Shown: in pieces, positions 57,601-64,000 of the stretch
Layout: every line of letters begins with the position of its first letter
Numbering within the stretch: position 1 is the stretch's first letter
IMG/VR virus record: IMGVR_UViG_3300037313_000659
Span: 5,085-69,084 of that record
Length of the DNA stretch: 64,000 nt
From: a virus
Lineage: Duplodnaviria; Caudoviricetes
Reading direction: 5' to 3' (one strand)
Made by a program: the position numbers and the translations under genes
The notes under the pieces: model-generated
Database searches by the model: none
What the model saw: only the letters and a program-made list of their open reading frames with translations
Told to the model about the DNA's origin: nothing

Positions 57601-58556
57601 GACTTGCCGAGCGAGGTGATCGCTTCCTTGGCTTGCGGCGAACGGAGAGCCTGGTTGAGCTCCTTGAGGTTGTTCTCGATGTGCGTGAAGAAGCCGTCCT
57701 GCGACCCCAGCTGCGTGAAGTCGGCCGAAAGCTGGAGAAGTCCGGTCTTCACCTGCGCGATCTGACCGAACATGCTGTTCGCGATCCGGTCACCGGCGCC
57801 GGCCGAAGTGATCTCCATGTCCTTCAGCATGAGCTCGATCGCCGGCTTGGCCGCGACCGTGCCCTGACTGATCTTCTTGACCATCTCCTGGACGGTCATG
57901 CCCATCGCTGCGGCGAGGGTCTTCAGCGCGCTCGGAACCGCCTCGCCCAGCTGCTGGCGAAGCTCTTCCATCGAGATGACGCCCTTACCGGCCATCTGCT
58001 GGATCGCGATCGCCGCGCGGTGCATGGTGTCGCTGTCACCGCCGAACTTGGCGACGGCCTGTGCGAGACCACGGATCGAGTAAAGCTGCGGGTTGAGATC
58101 CGCGGACTGAAACTTCACGAACGCGTCCGTCACCGTCTTCATCTCGAAGCCGGTGCGATTCGCGAGGTTGATGATGGTGCGGAGGTTGTTCTGCGCCTCC
58201 TCGTTCTTGCCCGCCTCGGTTGCGGCGTGCGAGAAACCCTTCATGAGGATGGTGAGGCGTTCGAGCTCCGCGGACTGCTTCACAAGCCCAGCGACCCAGC
58301 CGACAGCCAGGTCGCGGACGTTCATGAGCGCGAAGCGCATGTTGCCCAGGATCAGGACGTAATCGCGCAGCCGCTGCAGGGGGCGCTGCATGCCGGCGTG
58401 GAGGGAGTCGAAGCTCGACCCCATCGACTTGACGTTATCGGCGGCGCGCTTGGTATCGAGACCGAAGGTGCGCATCGCCTTGCCGGCCTCGGTGAGACGA
58501 GCGGTGCCGCGGCCGGTGTCGATGTCCAGTATTACTGAAAGCCGGCGCTGCGCCAC
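54642..58556 (-). CDS. Tape measure protein
   Basis: 1304 aa, Ala-rich helical; KGVISMEELRQQLGEAVP tape-measure motif; C-terminal HTGG...YHGGG...EVP...GERVL. Confidence 0.93.
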   Translation of the reverse strand: MAQRRLSVILDIDTGRGTARLTEAGKAMRTFGLDTKRAADNVKSMGSSFDSLHAGMQRPLQRLRDYVLILGNMRFALMNVRDLAVGWVAGLVKQSAELERLTILMKGFSHAATEAGKNEEAQNNLRTIINLANRTGFEMKTVTDAFVKFQSADLNPQLYSIRGLAQAVAKFGGDSDTMHRAAIAIQQMAGKGVISMEELRQQLGEAVPSALKTLAAAMGMTVQEMVKKISQGTVAAKPAIELMLKDMEITSAGAGDRIANSMFGQIAQVKTGLLQLSADFTQLGSQDGFFTHIENNLKELNQALRSPQAKEAITSLGKSVDSVAGSLASALKWVVEWRNEIGGLGLAIAKVWLAFKAIDIGAWFARMAQQAVVSLVSVVNGTREMTGLSGDLARWGQSLKQSLDQSAAATERWVMKTRERVVAAEQSIVATRSEIASLQSLKATYEQNILILTQQRAAQVANLRTAQTLNAANIAMGRDTAASSQMVKAEQDAVNASTRALIAQRRLLAATDAQLVTAEEQLTLALNEESIATARATTASELNTAATGAMALAQRGAAIAASFLGTAVNLILGPIGIAITLAYSAATAFGMFATKARDAANETRGLTAAIANMQHIKKLQEGINEIDDKLQGKPGTLRDWVRNAFGGDRTGFIDSRESLQSQKAELQKQMERLIGPANANQGRDDAQALSTERENYMDRLRERSGFQTQWQSLTNRILAGDKSAVVEMQRLRDQDSASDRQYLQGQINRTQRLLDNARKSGRTDLVQRYASQMSGLRTQMESAGLAGAQSMNLVTDALNGKGGGLAGAAAAAGKRVGKLKGDIAGLQAQVAGDKSTHLKQFMAAVAGGAYAGKSPGEIALLRQKAALQDAVIDGRAAQKEQEQYANAIGRVLGRIAELNIEMTGAKGNLAKFNAELAAGMHSNWSPDQIEKYRAALAQLDETEGRVDIAKAFKDADKQMSKAKVDADALWTSLANGTFLADQKAAELQGRFAHLLDGLKGEDLQKMQDKINGIIRDVQRADAAKAVFDWTQESQKIMNGLKEENAAREANYNLEVERQRSLIAWDKLSVEERIKAEAAFGAWQKAFRLQTDRENEVALVKQAREWYKLGTNIQGALAGALSSFTEQLSDGSFKFGKFAEDIIKSLFKIILQATIAYGILSALGMTNGQSYGSFLRQGVSSGFSIQAPTHHTGGVIGQSSNFKTVSADLFANAFKYHGGGTISKLGPKEVPMIGLEGERVLTEDQQKHLGTQPKVTVNVINNGGQDMDADVSTEFNGKEMIVSVVLDALSKQGRLRDAVGHIAKQ

Positions 58557-58871
58557 TTACTTCATCCCTTTGAACTTCTGTTTCAGCTCCTCGAACCGGC
58601 TCGCATCGAAGACCTTCTCATGCTCGACCGGCTCACCAATTTGGTTTCGCAACTCCTGCTGCATGCGTGTCACTGCCTCTGCACTTTGGGCACAGGCCAT
58701 GACCCGCAACAGGCGTTGCTCCTCTTCAGCGCGGAGGCGATCGAGCTGACGATTGAATGACCAGAAAGTCTTCAGCGGCAGCTTCAGACACTCCCAGTAA
58801 GACATCCCGTATCCGCGGCAGATGCGTGCCACGAAAAACGAGAGGTCAATCGCAGCTATTCGCCGTTTCCC
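58557..58871 (-). CDS. Tail assembly chaperone, -1 frameshift extension (GT-like)
   Basis: The -1 frame is open from the slippery site (GKRRIAAIDLSFFVARICRGYGM...) to the stop at 58557. Confidence 0.75.
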   Translation of the reverse strand, partial: GKRRIAAIDLSFFVARICRGYGMSYWECLKLPLKTFWSFNRQLDRLRAEEEQRLLRVMACAQSAEAVTRMQQELRNQIGEPVEHEKVFDASRFEELKQKFKGMK

Positions 58872-59263
58872 TCCGCACTCTCGCCCTGGGTTTCACCTTC
58901 AACTTCGCCGACAGCTTCAGTCGGCGCGTCTTCCGCGGCGACCTGCGCTGCCAGTTCGTTCAGCCAGCCGAAGATCTTCAGCAGCTTCGGAACTTCGAGC
59001 TCATCGACGGGGAGCGTCGGGAAGAAGTCCTGAACGCCGTCCCGAAGGATGCGAACCATGGCGACCGTATCATCCTCGGCGACATCGCCCGCGTCTTGGA
59101 TCTTCGTCTCCAGCTTCGACTGCTGCTTTGCCCGCAGCTGCTGCTTGAGGAAGCCCTCGACGGTGAGGGTTGCCATTTTGTGCTTCGTCTTCTTGTGGAC
59201 GATCGTGATGTCGGTCTCGACGAGCTCCAACTCATCGAGATTCAGGATTTTCGCTTCGCTCAT
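58856..59263 (-). CDS. Tail assembly chaperone (G-like)
   Basis: Between tail tube and tape measure; ends GAG GGA AAC GGC GAA TAG. Confidence 0.8.
   Translation of the reverse strand: MSEAKILNLDELELVETDITIVHKKTKHKMATLTVEGFLKQQLRAKQQSKLETKIQDAGDVAEDDTVAMVRILRDGVQDFFPTLPVDELEVPKLLKIFGWLNELAAQVAAEDAPTEAVGEVEGETQGESAEGNGE
58865..58871 (-). other. -1 programmed ribosomal frameshift heptamer G GGA AAC
   Basis: Correctly phased X XXY YYZ two codons before the stop. Confidence 0.8.
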
Positions 59264-59293
59264 GTGTGCTCTGTGTTTCTAGGGGAAAGGAGA

Positions 59294-59323
59294 GGGGCGC
59301 CAGGAAGAGGCAGCTGGCGCCCC
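59294..59323 (-). terminator. Terminator after tail tube gene
   Basis: 10-bp stem GGGGCGCCAG/CTGGCGCCCC, then a pyrimidine-rich tail. Confidence 0.6.
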
Positions 59324-59333
59324 AGGTTAAGGG

Positions 59334-59849
59334 TTAGGCCGCGGCCGGATCGCCCATGTTGAAGAGCTCGCCGGTCGTGAGATCGACGTAGCCCTCGAAC
59401 TCGACCGAGTAGACGCGCTGGTCGTCCGACTTGTAGGCGAACTTGATGTCGCCCTTCGACATGGCGAGCGGGACCGTAAGATCCTTCGACGCGTCGGTCG
59501 AGACGACACCGTGCGGATGCAGCACGAGCGGGCCGGCGAGAGCGCGCAGGCTCGTGCCGGTGGCGGCGTTGATGACGAGACGCTTCGTGGTCGTGCCGAC
59601 AAGGCTCGAACCTGGGAACACCGACGCGAGGCGGGTGAGATCGCGCTCGGCCATCGGGACGGTCACCTTGATCGAGCGGCCCTTGATGACGGAATCGATC
59701 GCGGTATCGCCATACTGGTCGGCGACGATGTTCGTAATTTCGGTGCCGAACTCGACTTCGACGCCGCCCTTCGTGAGACCAAGGTCGGTCCCCTTAAAGG
59801 TGACATCGCACGGCCCCATTTCCAGGTTTTCAAATGCAGGTGCGGTCAT
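59334..59849 (-). CDS. Major tail tube protein
   Basis: LGLTKGGVEV...DQYG...QRVYSVEF; followed by a terminator and the chaperones. Confidence 0.8.
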   Translation of the reverse strand: MTAPAFENLEMGPCDVTFKGTDLGLTKGGVEVEFGTEITNIVADQYGDTAIDSVIKGRSIKVTVPMAERDLTRLASVFPGSSLVGTTTKRLVINAATGTSLRALAGPLVLHPHGVVSTDASKDLTVPLAMSKGDIKFAYKSDDQRVYSVEFEGYVDLTTGELFNMGDPAAA

Positions 59850-59928
59850 TCTATTCTACTCCGTGGATCCTTGGTCTAATTGCAGGTCCACAGTATAGCA
59901 TGCATGTGTGTCATTAGCCATGCACTTT

Positions 59929-60321
59929 TTACGGCGCGAGATCCCCGTAGCCAACACAGATGCGGCAGCTTGATTCCACATCGTCCATATCGCCCCGCGG
60001 ATAGCTGATCGGGAGCGTCGTGCGGCGCATCCAAGGGATGGAGAGATCGCTCGTCTCGTAATAGTCGAGGCGCAGCACCTTCGAGATCGCATCGCACTTC
60101 TGATAGCCGGCCAGCGGATCAACGTCGCGAACGATGACCTGGAACTCGAAGTCGTAGAAGTCCTTCATCCCATCGTCGACTTCGGTCGGCGCGAGCGGCA
60201 GCTTCAGCATGACCCCATGCTTCACATCAGCCGGCATCGTCTGGATAAACAGGTCCGTTCCCTGCGTTCCCAGGCCAGCGTCCTCGATCATCTGCGCAGC
60301 GAGCAGCAGCACCTTCATCAT
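59929..60321 (-). CDS. Tail terminator / completion protein
   Basis: GTDLFI...FQVIVR; position upstream of the tail tube. Confidence 0.7.
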   Translation of the reverse strand: MMKVLLLAAQMIEDAGLGTQGTDLFIQTMPADVKHGVMLKLPLAPTEVDDGMKDFYDFEFQVIVRDVDPLAGYQKCDAISKVLRLDYYETSDLSIPWMRRTTLPISYPRGDMDDVESSCRICVGYGDLAP

Positions 60322-60797
60322 AGCATCAATCCTTCCACTACCTCATCGAGCAAGTCGTCGAACTCGCTCTCGTATTCCTTGAGCGCGCGTTCCAGGAACA
60401 GCGGCCCCACCTTGTAATCCGAGCCCTGCATGGTCTTCGCTTCAGACGCCGGCCCCAGCGTGTAATCGAAGCTGTTGTGGATCCACTCGGCATAGAGATC
60501 GACATCGACATCGCCGACCATCCCGCCGACCCACACGGTTGCTTCGAGGCGGTGTGTGGCGCCGTATTCCTCGGAGATGTGGTGAGCACGCTCAAGCTCA
60601 TGACCAGGTGCGGACAAACGACCATGCGGTCCCTTCCAGTCCACCGGCGAGTTCTTGATCGACTGCTCCATGACCAGCTTCGAGACGCGCCTCATCTGCC
60701 GAAGCGCACGCTTGTCTAGGAGCCGGCCCTCACGAACGAAGGTGCCAGCCAGCGTGTCGGCGTCGAGGCCAGAGAAGTATAGGCGCCACTCGCTCAC
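60318..60797 (-). CDS. Neck protein (HK97 gp10-like)
   Basis: SPVD...YAEWIH...GPLFLERAL. Confidence 0.7.
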   Translation of the reverse strand: MSEWRLYFSGLDADTLAGTFVREGRLLDKRALRQMRRVSKLVMEQSIKNSPVDWKGPHGRLSAPGHELERAHHISEEYGATHRLEATVWVGGMVGDVDVDLYAEWIHNSFDYTLGPASEAKTMQGSDYKVGPLFLERALKEYESEFDDLLDEVVEGLML

Positions 60798-61141
60798 AGC
60801 TCCGCTTTCAGGTTCCCAGTGACTTCATAGTGATCGCGGTCGCCGAGCACGTTCAGCCGCGGCTCGATCCCGCTGATCTGGACCATCTGACCCTGGATCT
60901 CGATTACATCGTCCTCGGCGATCGTTGCCTGGCCGTCGACCAGGAGCTTCGCCTTGAGCGCCGTGATGTCAGCGGCTGCGTGCGATGCGCTGCTGTCTGC
61001 GCGGATCGCGCTCTGCTCGGTCATCTCGCCCAGCGTGACGATCGATACTCCGATCGAGACCGGCGCCGCGAATGCAACCTTACCGAACACATTGCGTCCA
61101 GCCTTGCGGTGAAGGAGCGCGGTCTGGTTGGGAATGAACAT
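60794..61141 (-). CDS. Head closure / head-tail adaptor
   Basis: Position and size; beta-rich. Confidence 0.65.
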   Translation of the reverse strand: MFIPNQTALLHRKAGRNVFGKVAFAAPVSIGVSIVTLGEMTEQSAIRADSSASHAAADITALKAKLLVDGQATIAEDDVIEIQGQMVQISGIEPRLNVLGDRDHYEVTGNLKAEL

Positions 61142-61150
61142 CGTGAGCTC

Positions 61151-61897
61151 CTATGCCTGCAGGGTGACACGAGCATCCGTTGACGGGTGAAACACTTCGT
61201 CACGGATCTCGTAGAAGGTGGGTAGATCCCGACCGGACACGATCGCGATCTCGGTTCCGAACCATTTGTAGTTCTTGTCGGGGTGCGTGATCTGCACGGT
61301 GTCGTGGCCGTGCTCGAACGCAGCCGTCATGTAGACCTCGTTGTAGATGTTCACGAGGCTCTGTCGAATGACATCCCGAATGTGCTTGCTCGATTTGTAG
61401 TTCCGGCCGGTGCGATCGGTGAAGCGGAACGCGGGGTTTGCATTGTCCTCGGCGAGCACCGCGGATGCTGCTTGGCTCAAGGTTTGGCCGGCGCGCATGT
61501 TCAGGTCCACCCGCATCGCGTTGTTGCGGATTTGCTGGGCCATCGCGACCACATCTCGATCAGCCTGGGCGGCGAGCAGCCTGGTGATGTAGGCCACGGA
61601 CTCGAAGATGAAGGCGAGATGGTCTTCAAGTGCGGTCGGGATCTCCAGACCCAGGTCCGCGTATGCCTGTTGCCAGGCGTGGAGCGCGACACCCATAGCG
61701 GCTTCATTGAGCAGACCTTGCTCGTAGCCTGCCCACTGACGGGCAGCACCACTGGCGACAGCGACCGCTTCATCGCGGAGCACCTGGTCGGTAGGACCAC
61801 GGCGCATCACGACATCCACCTGACTGCGGAGGATGTTCAGGAAGTTCCCGTAGCGCTCGCCCGCCTGGTCAATGAAGGCCGCGATGTCGAAGCTCAC
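61151..61897 (-). CDS. Minor capsid / head morphogenesis-like protein
   Basis: FTDRTGRNY...VQITH...FHPS pattern. Confidence 0.55.
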   Translation of the reverse strand: MSFDIAAFIDQAGERYGNFLNILRSQVDVVMRRGPTDQVLRDEAVAVASGAARQWAGYEQGLLNEAAMGVALHAWQQAYADLGLEIPTALEDHLAFIFESVAYITRLLAAQADRDVVAMAQQIRNNAMRVDLNMRAGQTLSQAASAVLAEDNANPAFRFTDRTGRNYKSSKHIRDVIRQSLVNIYNEVYMTAAFEHGHDTVQITHPDKNYKWFGTEIAIVSGRDLPTFYEIRDEVFHPSTDARVTLQA

Positions 61898-62676
61898 GCG
61901 CGCGCAACCTCGACCACGAGACGGACGTAGCTCTTGAGCTCTTCGTATGCCTGCTTGCTGATCGGCAGGTTGAGGTAGGGCTTCGAGTTGAAGAACATCG
62001 AGCTCTCGCCGATGGTCTCGGAGACGATGCCCTGTTTGATCTTGTCGCCGACCTTATCCCCGCCGAGCAGCACGTTTGCTTCGGCCAGCTGCGCACGCTT
62101 GACGGCGCGCTTAAAGCCTTCCGGCAGCGAGTTGAACTCATCGACCGACAGGCGGGAGAGGGGAACACGCCGCTCGAACCAGGCCACGCGGTTGTAGGTG
62201 TCCGGCACGCCATGAAGCTGCAGCTGCACCCGAAGGATGCGCCGGTATGCCTCGATCATGGCCGCACGCTGCATCGTCTTGGTGGCGCGATCCCAGCCGT
62301 CGAGCTTCGCGAACTCGCTGCGAGTCAGCACGGTCTCGGTTGCGGTCTGAAAGCTGTTCACCGCGACCTGCAGGGGCGCGCTAGAGACGATTAGAAACGC
62401 TTCGCGAACCTCGACCACACCTGCAGTCGTCGTGCATTCGAGAATGATCTCACGCGCTGCGCTTGGGGTCGTAATCGTCGTCTGCGCGTCGGTCAGCGCG
62501 ACCTTGGCAACCGTGTCATTGGCCGTGAAGGCGTCCGCGTTGCCGGTGGCGAGTGAAGTGCCGGCTTCGTCATACAGAGTCCAGCTCACCGCCGAAGCCT
62601 GAACGACTGCGCCGTTATCGTCGACGAGGGTGATGGTGATGGTGCCGGCTTTTCCGGCGGTGAGCTGCTGGGTCAT
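61894..62676 (-). CDS. Head-tail connector with N-terminal Ig-like domain
   Basis: VKRAQLAEA...IVSETIGESSMFF C-terminal motif. Confidence 0.65.
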   Translation of the reverse strand: MTQQLTAGKAGTITITLVDDNGAVVQASAVSWTLYDEAGTSLATGNADAFTANDTVAKVALTDAQTTITTPSAAREIILECTTTAGVVEVREAFLIVSSAPLQVAVNSFQTATETVLTRSEFAKLDGWDRATKTMQRAAMIEAYRRILRVQLQLHGVPDTYNRVAWFERRVPLSRLSVDEFNSLPEGFKRAVKRAQLAEANVLLGGDKVGDKIKQGIVSETIGESSMFFNSKPYLNLPISKQAYEELKSYVRLVVEVARA

Positions 62677-62679
62677 CGA

Positions 62680-63186
62680 TTATTCGGCCGCGTTCTTCGC
62701 CTGCGCGTTCAGGATGTTGGTCACCAGTTCGGTGATCCCACGACCCTTCACGCCGAGCGGGGCAGCGATCTCGCGCAGACCCTCGATGCCGTCATTCGCG
62801 CCGACAGCTTCGAGTTCCTGGCGGGTGTAGGTGATCTGACGAGCTTCTTCGGCGGCCTTCGCACGCGCAGCTTCGAGAGCCTCGGCTTCCGCGGCCTTGC
62901 GAGCTTCCTCCTCCTCGATCAGCTTCTGCTTCACGACTGCTTCGGCGGCGTCGGAATCTTCCTTCGTTGCCAGCGGGGCAATGACGGGGGCGGGTGTGCC
63001 ACGATTGCCCGCGGAGATCGCGGCAGGACCGACCTGATTGCCGTCCTCATCGACCAGGATCAGGGACGCGCCGATGCGGCGCACCTGGCGCTCCGTGAGT
63101 TCAGCTTCGCCGTTCTCGAAGACGGCTCCCTGACCGAGCGGGCCGGTGTAAGTCTCCCAACCCTTGGATGCGATACGAACCTTCAT
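62680..63186 (-). CDS. Virion-associated hypothetical protein with C-terminal HeH-like motif
   Basis: MKVRI start after AAGGA; EGLREIAAPLGVKGR. Confidence 0.65.
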   Translation of the reverse strand: MKVRIASKGWETYTGPLGQGAVFENGEAELTERQVRRIGASLILVDEDGNQVGPAAISAGNRGTPAPVIAPLATKEDSDAAEAVVKQKLIEEEEARKAAEAEALEAARAKAAEEARQITYTRQELEAVGANDGIEGLREIAAPLGVKGRGITELVTNILNAQAKNAAE

Positions 63187-63211
63187 GCTTGTAATTCCTT
63201 TTGAAAAAGAA

Positions 63212-63239
63212 AGGGGCGGTAGCCGAGGCCACCGCCCCT
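63212..63239 (-). terminator. Terminator downstream of capsid gene
   Basis: AGGGGCGGT/ACCGCCCCT stem, then TTCTTTTT on the minus strand. Confidence 0.7.
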
Positions 63240-63261
63240 CCCAGGGCACTTCTACTGCACT

Positions 63262-63283
63262 GCATGCGTGTTGTCACGCATGC
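63262..63283. promoter_or_regulatory. 22-bp phage box, perfect palindrome
   Basis: GCATGCGT-GTTGTC-ACGCATGC immediately after the capsid stop. Confidence 0.8.
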
Positions 63284-63290
63284 AGACAGG

Positions 63291-64000
63291 TTAAATGTTG
63301 GTGACGCCGGTCAGCTGTGCGAGCGACTTCGTGCTCTTCAGCGCGGTGCCGCAATACCACTTCAGCCGGTAGCGCTCGCTGTCCTTGTTCTGGACAGGAC
63401 CGATGTGCTGGACGCGGATACCCGCAGCCGGACCACCGTAGAGGCCGTGCAGACCGTCGCTCTCGTTGAAACGAGCCGCGAAGATCGAGCAGGTGTTCGG
63501 GGCAGTGCCCTGATCCACATCGCCAGGCAGGAAGTCGTTCACGATGATCGGAACGCCGCGGTAAGCCGGAACGGTCAGCGCGCGGCCACCATTCTGCTCA
63601 CGGCCGGTGCCAGGCAGCGTGACATGCTCCGGCGTCGTGCCACCGAGCGAGCGGAGGAGCGACAGAAGCGCGTCGTGCGTGCCACCACGCATAATGAGCG
63701 CGTCGGCGCCGAGCGGAACCATGCGCAGGAGCGCATCGATCATCTCGAAGGTGACGGCCGCACCGTTGGCGCCGGCAACCATGACCTGGCTCGGATCGAC
63801 GAGCTTCGCGAGACCGTCGAACTCCTTGGCATTCGCCGTCGAGTCGCCGATCGCCAGCGTGCGCTGGAACTTACGCTGCATGCCCTTCGCCTTCGACGCG
63901 ATCTGGATCGCAGTCTGGTCGTTGGTGTCCGACATGGTTTCGTCGAGGAAGTTGTCGATGTCGACATCGCCCGCGAGGATGCGCAGCTTCGCGACGATCT
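63291..64000 (-). CDS. Major capsid protein (HK97 fold), 5'-truncated by window edge
   Basis: Frame open to the edge (IVAKLRILAGDVDIDNF...); EFDGL, YRGVPIIVNDF, RYRLKWYCG. Confidence 0.88.
   Translation of the reverse strand, partial: IVAKLRILAGDVDIDNFLDETMSDTNDQTAIQIASKAKGMQRKFQRTLAIGDSTANAKEFDGLAKLVDPSQVMVAGANGAAVTFEMIDALLRMVPLGADALIMRGGTHDALLSLLRSLGGTTPEHVTLPGTGREQNGGRALTVPAYRGVPIIVNDFLPGDVDQGTAPNTCSIFAARFNESDGLHGLYGGPAAGIRVQHIGPVQNKDSERYRLKWYCGTALKSTKSLAQLTGVTNI

Larger units (their letters stand above)
1..64000 (-). mobile_element. Large tailed phage / probable phage-plasmid genome segment (SSU5/pHCM2-like gene content)
   Basis: Continuous minus-strand operons with capsid, tail, lysis, DnaE, primase/helicase, RecA, SbcCD, RuvC, NrdAB, ThyX, PhoH and CobS/CobT-like genes; no host housekeeping context. 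Family assignment is inferred from gene content. Confidence 0.9.

Noticed and set aside
534-63283. CRISPR array interpretation of the repeated 22-mer
   Set aside because: Copies are dispersed, degenerate and kilobases apart, not regularly spaced direct repeats; no cas genes.
1-64000. Long plus-strand ORFs in the track (e.g. 44467-46413, 48015-50147, 50436-52193, 56325-58538, 15472-17172)
   Set aside because: Antisense shadows of recognisable minus-strand genes in GC-rich DNA; Arg/Gly-rich, no RBS, no motifs.

Overview
The whole 64 kb window is one contiguous piece of a large, GC-rich tailed-phage genome. Every credible gene is on the minus strand, and many are joined by ATGA/GTGA/TAATG/TGATG overlaps. 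The long plus-strand ORFs are shadows. In transcription order (right to left) it contains: the 3' part of the major capsid gene; head-tail and tail genes, including a tail chaperone pair with an in-frame -1 slippery site, tape measure, tail tip, a long fibre and an adhesin; a prolyl-hydroxylase-like oxygenase; a lysis cassette; a phosphoesterase; PhoH; helicase; primase; an HTH regulator region; a MoxR/CobS-VWA-peptidase trio; DnaE fused to a UDG-like domain; a T4-style recombination set (UvsY-like, SSB, 5'-3' exonuclease, RecA, Mre11/Rad50, RuvC); and nucleotide-metabolism genes (NrdA/B, orphan MTase, ThyX, NTP pyrophosphohydrolase, P-loop kinase, DEDDh exonuclease, Nmad5-like, AlkB-like). 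By inference, this gene content resembles SSU5/pHCM2-type phage-plasmids, here probably in an alphaproteobacterial host. Two observations stand out. (1) The CobT-like partner of the MoxR ATPase is split into two translationally coupled genes. The break is occupied by an ECF-sigma region-4-like HTH at the end of the HExxH peptidase half and an anti-sigma-like N-terminus at the start of the VWA half. (2) A 22-bp quasi-palindromic box (GCATGYGT-N6-NNNNATGC) occurs about 25 times, almost only at gene boundaries, and defines a phage-wide regulon. No CRISPR array, tRNA, rRNA, reverse transcriptase, intein, integrase or transposase was recognised. All family assignments come from motif recognition by eye; no database searches were run.
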